The position numbers and the translations under genes were made by a program. A stretch of DNA of 63,921 nt, counting the filler, from Mitosporidium daphniae (taxonomy: Eukaryota), in assembly GCF_000760515.2 (NCBI RefSeq). It is 6 parts of 6 records of this genome, joined end to end, with 100 filler letters (N's around TTAATTAATTAA, not from the genome) between each part and the next. Parts side by side here need not be neighbours in the genome. Positions count along the whole stretch, not along the records: positions 48,790 to 60,462 come from NW_013546693.1; positions 60,563 to 63,921 come from NW_013546584.1; 4 more parts are not named here. One strand, 5' to 3'. The notes below the pieces were generated by a model. The model did no database searches and had not been told where the DNA came from. It worked only from the letters and a program-made list of their open reading frames with translations. Positions 58,638-63,921 of the stretch are shown here, piece after piece. Within the stretch, counting starts at the first letter, position 1. Every line of letters starts with the position of its first letter.

Positions 58638-60462
58638 TTACAGCACTCTTTGTTTTTGTTGTTGTTGTTGTTGTCTCGTCATATGGTCTTGCTTGAAAAA
58701 ATTGAGCAAGTCGTCGACACTTGCAAATTTCTTATCTCTGAACAGCAGGCCAGATGAAGATATGCAGAAAGCTTCGTGATATGTTGTTTCGAACGGAAGA
58801 AAAGAAAGCAGAAAACTACAGGGCTGTTCAGGAACCATGCTTAGCCCGTAAATGATTCTCTTTGGCTGCTGAGCCTTCAGCTTTCTCAACTGGAGCTCGA
58901 TATCCTTCTTACCTGTGATCGAAGACAGATACTTGGCATGGCCTGTGACCTCGCGAAAGCAATTAATTAAAGGATCCATATATCTTGCAACAATTTCATC
59001 GAGATCATCAAACTTTTCACTCCCAATAAATAAAGAATGCCCAAGCGTCCAGGGCGTATCTTTGTTTTCCTCCCTGACCTCAATATGATGATATACATCC
59101 AATGACAAACGCCAGGAAATCACAACAAAATCAAATCCTTTGCTTGATGGGCGAATAATAATATCACCATCCTCTCCATCAGCCAATAGGCTTTCGGCTT
59201 TAATGCGATTTACATTTTTAAATAAAGGGTGTGAAATCGATCTTGATCCAGGCTTAGAGCTGAGCACTGCTCTATAAGCAGCGCTTCCGATGATCGATGG
59301 AATTGTCAAAGAGGCCGCCGTAGAGTTTCCAGAAGCTATCAATAAAAAGGATATACTTACATAAGGTATTTTTCGACGACATCAAAGAGGCTTCCTTCTT
59401 TTTATCGTAATACGGGTCCAAAGCCTTGTGTCCGGTATTGCATGTGAGGTCAGAAGGTTTCATCGACAAGTCCAAGGCACATCGTTCCTTGTTGATGTTT
59501 AGAATTTTACAAAGCACGATTTGACGGCAAGAAACAACATCTTCGATTCGTTCGATGTAGTGGTCAGCCAAATTCCTGGCAGATATGGATCCAATAAGTG
59601 AGCCGTCAATTAGCCGGACATTGACAAATTTTTCGCTGATTCGAGTAACTTCTGCAGAGAGCACAAGACCCGGGAAAATGGTTCGATCGGTCTCCCCAGT
59701 CAACATTTCAAAGATCCTCTCAATGGAGCACGCCGAAAATGAGCGCCGATCGCAAAATGGAGCCTGCAGTTCTGCAGAAATGTCCTTCAGCGTGTGCGCT
59801 TTTTTGATCTTTTTGTTTTTCTCCAACTCTTTGGCATATTCATCCAGAAGCAAGTCATTAAGCTTTGAAGGCTCGTTCATGAGCTCTTCCACATGAGCAG
59901 AGGGATTTTGATCATCGTCCAAAGGCTCTTCAATTTCCAAAGCATCTGCAGCGATCTTTCTGGCAAGGTCGTAACTTTCCGGGTGGATGCGAGTAGAATC
60001 CAAAATATCAGCGTCATACTGCCGCCGCTTTGGAAGATATTTGGAATCTATTTTGATGAATGATGCACAATTGAGGAAGATCCTTTTTCCAAGGATACTC
60101 ATCCGAAGAATGTCTGAACGGCGTTCCAAGTAGCCAGAGCTCATGCGTTTTGTAATGGTGCGAAGAAGTAGCTGCGCCTTCCGCGGACCCAACCCACAAA
60201 CAAAGGAAAGAAGCGGGACATAAAACGGATTCCGAAGGGCTTTGTTGATATCAACACCAACCAGATTGATTACATTAATTAGCGCACGATCGAGGAACCT
60301 TGTCCTCAATTCAGCGGGGGGAATCAGTGACTTGAAGGGATTGAGAGGCAATTCTAAAATCGAGTTTTCAAAGTTGGCAAGTTTTGCGAATTCACACAAT
60401 GGTTCCAAGAGCCTACGGGCGAGCGAAATAGTAAAGCAAAAGCCCTGCGGTTGGTGTTGATA
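58638..60462 (-). CDS. SPT6: Transcription elongation factor Spt6, 3' part (HhH, S1, tandem SH2; 5' cut by gap)
   Basis: VNLVGVDIN-type motif, GLGPRKA, LDSTRIHPESYDLARKIAADAL, IIRPSSKGFD, FDDLDEIVARY. Confidence 0.95.
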
Positions 60463-60562
60463 NNNNNNNNNNNNNNNNNNNNNNNNNNNNNNNNNNNNNN
60501 NNNNNNTTAATTAATTAANNNNNNNNNNNNNNNNNNNNNNNNNNNNNNNNNNNNNNNNNNNN

Positions 60563-61955
60563 AGCCTAAACTATTCTGGGAGACATTCTTTCTTAAAGGA
60601 AGTGCTTGTGAAAGGGGTTGAGAAAACCTTTGCCTCTTCTCTTAAAAAATACAAAGCATGGAAAGATCGTCTTCCATCCATGGCTTGGGAGTATAATCCT
60701 GTAACAAAGCAGCCTAGGATTGTCGATCTCGAAGCTATCGATAAAGATGAACAAGGAAATGAAGATGAGATTTGCCCAGATAAGATTTTGGAGCAAATTT
60801 GCGATTTTGAGCTCCCAGACATCCAAATTCATTGTTTTTCTTTTGAAAATGTATCCAGATTTTGTTCTGGGCTATTATTGGAGTTTATAAAGCCAACTCA
60901 TATCATCTTGTGTGATATTGATCTAGCATTTTTGAGGACAATTGAGTTGTATCAATGGAGCAGGCTTTCGTCTGCACTTTCCATGTCTCTTGATACGGAA
61001 AAGGGTCTTGAGCCGCCTCCTCTTTTTGTATCGGTATTCCAACAAGAAGGCTCGGCGCAGGAGCATCGTTATTTGATAAACTTGAGGGCAGAGGCAGATG
61101 CGTTCACATCCCTGCTAAAAATAGAGGTCAAGTTTCCCCTTACGACAACCACAGATATTGAGGGGGCCCTTGCAAAGGTATATGTTGATACCCGCGAATT
61201 TCGAAGCATCTTGCCTTCTTTGCTACACTCCAGCGGTCGCTTTGACATTTGCCCAATGATGCTTTCCATTGGGGATTATGTTATCCAACGAAAGCTGGGT
61301 CATTCGTCTCTTATACAACTTTTCGTTGAGCGCAAATCTCTTTCAGACCTGGTTGGTTCGCTCACTAACGGTCGATTGTAAGCGCTTTGAGGTTTATTTT
61401 CTTAGGTATGACCAAACGAGAGCCATGGTGCGCGTCACTTCAAGACCATTTTTGCTGCTTGAATTAGGAGCCTCTGTCCCGGACGATTCCTCGGATACCC
61501 TTCAAACCAATCTGAGACTCTTTAAGGGGAAAAGTTCGCAGGAAATCAGCGTCAATGATGTTCCCTCAAAACTTGTCATTCTTTTGCTCCATTTCCCTAC
61601 CCTGAGATTATTGTGGTCGTTAGAGCCCATTTATTCTATTGAGCATTTTAATAGATTAGCTTCAATAGATCTATTTGGGACACCATTTAGCCAGCATCAA
61701 ATGGTAGGGCATTTTCTCCACGATGAGATGGCCGAATCTGAATATGAAAGAGATCTCACTGGAGAGCTTATCTCCGATTCGCTTCAAGTATTTCAATATT
61801 ACTCTCTTTCTTAGGATGCACTCTATGTTTTGCAGGATTCTGGATTGATAGATACATTCTCCTTGACAGCCAAACATCCCACCTTAAGGAGCTTGATTCT
61901 ACAATGCGAGGATTCATTTTTTAAGCAGCCGCTACTAGTAGAGTTGAATCGTTAG
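60563..61955 (+). CDS. RAD1: XPF/Rad1/Rad16 endonuclease, 3' part (2 introns)
   Basis: VDTREFRSILPSLL, IGDYVI, VERKSLSDLVGSLTNGRLY, SKLVILLLHFPTLRLLWS. Confidence 0.92.
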
Positions 61956-62006
61956 GGATAAGTTAATTTTTTATTGGAAAACTCTAATACACCCACCCAT
62001 GAAGCG

Positions 62007-62866
62007 CTACATTCTCCATCTGTGCCCGCAATGGATGCAGGTGACATAAGTAGTCATCGGCTCGTCGGCACTTCTTGTCTGCAATTGAAAATATTTGCAT
62101 TTCCTTTGTTTGCAACGGCTACATTGGAACATGTCGGTTTCGGACTCGTTATCTTTGGCTGCCCTTGCCTTCAGAAGATTTTCCTTGTTAATTCTGTCGT
62201 CTTCTTTTCTCCTCTCTTCGGATGCCATTTCAGATGGCGACATTTTGATAAAATCGCTCGGGGATATGTCACCGCTTAGAATCTGGCCTCGAAGCCCAGG
62301 GTTGGCTTTATCCTTTAGATTCAAATATTTTGACCGAAACGCCTTTTTGTATGCATCATTTGAGGGGTTTCCGTGCTGCTCGAATAGGCACTTTTCGATC
62401 TTTATAGAGGCTTCCACAGCATTATCGATTTCAAAAGGCTCGTGCAATTCGGGGTCCGCCACTAGTAATCGATAAATCAAAACGAGGTACCTTTTTTCTC
62501 CTCAATTGCCAATAGAAGCGCCTGATAGAACATTTCGATGCATTTGTTCCTCGATTGATCGGAAGTTGCTGCCAGTTTCGAATCGCTTGAAGAATCCTCG
62601 CGTTGAGTGTTTTTGAGTGTCGTCTCGGCTTTTCGGTGCGAATCGGGCGGCGGTTGGGATGGAGTGGCCGACGACGCAGAAGTCCTAAAAATAAGCAATG
62701 ACGCCGACACAAACGGTTGGGCTGATATATCTTAAGATGGAAATTATTTTTTTATTCATTACACCAAAAATTGAGCTTCAAAACGGTACCTTTTTATCTT
62801 TTTGACGGCCCGACCGGAATCGACGGCAGGAGAACTCCTGCACGTGGGGGAAGGATGTGTGATCAT
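62007..62866 (-). CDS. DST1: Transcription elongation factor TFIIS (domains II-III); 5' structure uncertain
   Basis: RNKCIEMFYQAL, YKKAFRSKYLNLKDKANPGLR, CSRC, QTRSADEPMTTYVTCIHCGHRW. Confidence 0.9.
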
Positions 62867-62970
62867 GAAATTAAACTTTAAAATCGGTTTTGGTTTGCAA
62901 AATTTAAATTAGGCTTCCAAAGCTAATCTTGCGGACGCTCGTATAAGGCACATGTGCATACCGATAGGGA

Positions 62971-63288
62971 ATGGAGCATAAAAAGGCAATTCAAGGGTTT
63001 TATGTTGGCGAGAGGGTGTTATACCACCCGGTGGGCAGTGTTTCTTCGGCCTCTGTTGGCCGCATAACCCAGATCCTGACAGACCCGGAGCTGGTGGGCC
63101 AGGAGCGCCCTGTGACTATTCACGCCGATCCCTGCCATCCGAGAATCGTAATACAAAACGAGCATACCGGAAAGAAAACCGCCTACCGACCCGAGTCGAT
63201 CATTAGAAAGGTGAATGAAACCGAGAGCTTTCCCAAAGGCTTTGGCATTGCCGGCATTTCGGAGTTGGAAACCGAAGAGGTAGGATAG
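62971..63288 (+). CDS. Small Hva1-type Tudor-fold protein, copy 1
   Basis: GERVLYHPVG...GRITQILTDP...HPRIVIQNEHTGKKTAY. Confidence 0.7.
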   Translation: MEHKKAIQGFYVGERVLYHPVGSVSSASVGRITQILTDPELVGQERPVTIHADPCHPRIVIQNEHTGKKTAYRPESIIRKVNETESFPKGFGIAGISELETEEVG

Positions 63289-63326
63289 AGTGTTTAAGTG
63301 ATCCACACTAGGGTCGGCATATTCCA

Positions 63327-63587
63327 ATGGAGTATCCGCAACCGCGAAAAGTACATGGGTCCCCGTCGCCTGGACAGCGCGTTACCTATCACCCTGTTGG
63401 GGCGTCTCCGGTAACGTCGACCGGTCTTGTTGTTGATGTGATCACGGAGCCGAGAATTGTGATGGCCGGAGATAGAGGGGAAATAACCGTGCATGCAACC
63501 GAAAAACACCCAAGAATTGTGATCAGAAACGATCACACTGGGAAAGAGATCCCATACCCTCTAGAGTCTTTGGTCTCCGTCGAATAA
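63327..63587 (+). CDS. Small Hva1-type Tudor-fold protein, copy 2 (tandem paralogue)
   Basis: GQRVTYHPVG...GLVVDVITEP...HPRIVIRNDHTGKEIPY; AATAAA overlaps the stop. Confidence 0.7.
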   Translation: MEYPQPRKVHGSPSPGQRVTYHPVGASPVTSTGLVVDVITEPRIVMAGDRGEITVHATEKHPRIVIRNDHTGKEIPYPLESLVSVE

Positions 63588-63921
63588 ATTGTGTTGGCGA
63601 GTAATTTTTTTATTTCCCATCGCATTTGGCCGTGAATGCTGATGGAGCCCGTTCCGTCGTCCCTGGATGTGCAGTATACCAGGCAAATCACCAAAAAGGC
63701 GAAAATGTGGCAAGATGGCAAAATGGCCATCAAAGAGGGCCAAGCACGGGGGGCATTCCAAACCTCCATAGTTAACGTGGAAACAAACACCATCGTGGAA
63801 AGGTTGATCTGATGTGCATTATCGATAGCGGTCAAATAAGTGGCACTGATTTGGTTGCTCTAAGGATGGGCGGGTATAACGAAATTAGCGCGTATTCCGG
63901 GAAGCTTTTGTTGCGGCTTGG

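Noticed and set aside
58650..58673. (CAA)n/poly-Gln at the SPT6 end and (TCA)n/poly-Ser at the RPL4 end
   Set aside because: Ordinary short coding microsatellites
50762..61955. DNA-repair gene cluster (MCM8-like, RAD52, XPF)
   Set aside because: XPF is on a different contig; the MCM8/RAD52 adjacency alone is compatible with chance

Overview
Eukaryotic, extremely compact, fungus-related genome. It shows short intergenic spacers, AT-rich AAATTT tracts at gene starts, mostly 23-36 nt GT-AG introns, and an alternative oxidase plus a mitochondrial Coa1/Tim21-type factor. I infer an early-diverging microsporidian/Rozellomycota parasite of the Mitosporidium type; this is not proven. The window is six separate contigs joined by artificial 100-nt N spacers containing TTAATTAATTAA, so neighbourhood across gaps is meaningless. 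About 45 protein genes are supported, mostly housekeeping (RPL4, RPL14, RPL31, TAF10, RNA14, ESF2, ERV46, CDC42, FolD-type enzyme, OST2, GLR1, PRP45/SNW1, AOX, OLA1, CIA1, SGD1, cyclin B, MCM8-like, RAD52, peroxisomal ABCD, SPT6, XPF, TFIIS). The most notable observations are: (1) two places in RNA14 where two intron-sized units abut at YAG|GT with no exon between them (candidate recursive or twin micro-introns); (2) a shared motif in the long first introns of all three ribosomal-protein genes (16/17 nt identical between RPL14 and RPL31); (3) an LRR/P5-ATPase chimeric ORF; (4) a Nug1/GNL3 homologue lacking its GTPase domain; (5) a degenerate MCM8; (6) a glutathione reductase with a signal peptide; (7) MITE-like inverted repeats and a 15/30-bp telomere-like or coding minisatellite. 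All family assignments come from motif recognition by eye, not database searches.
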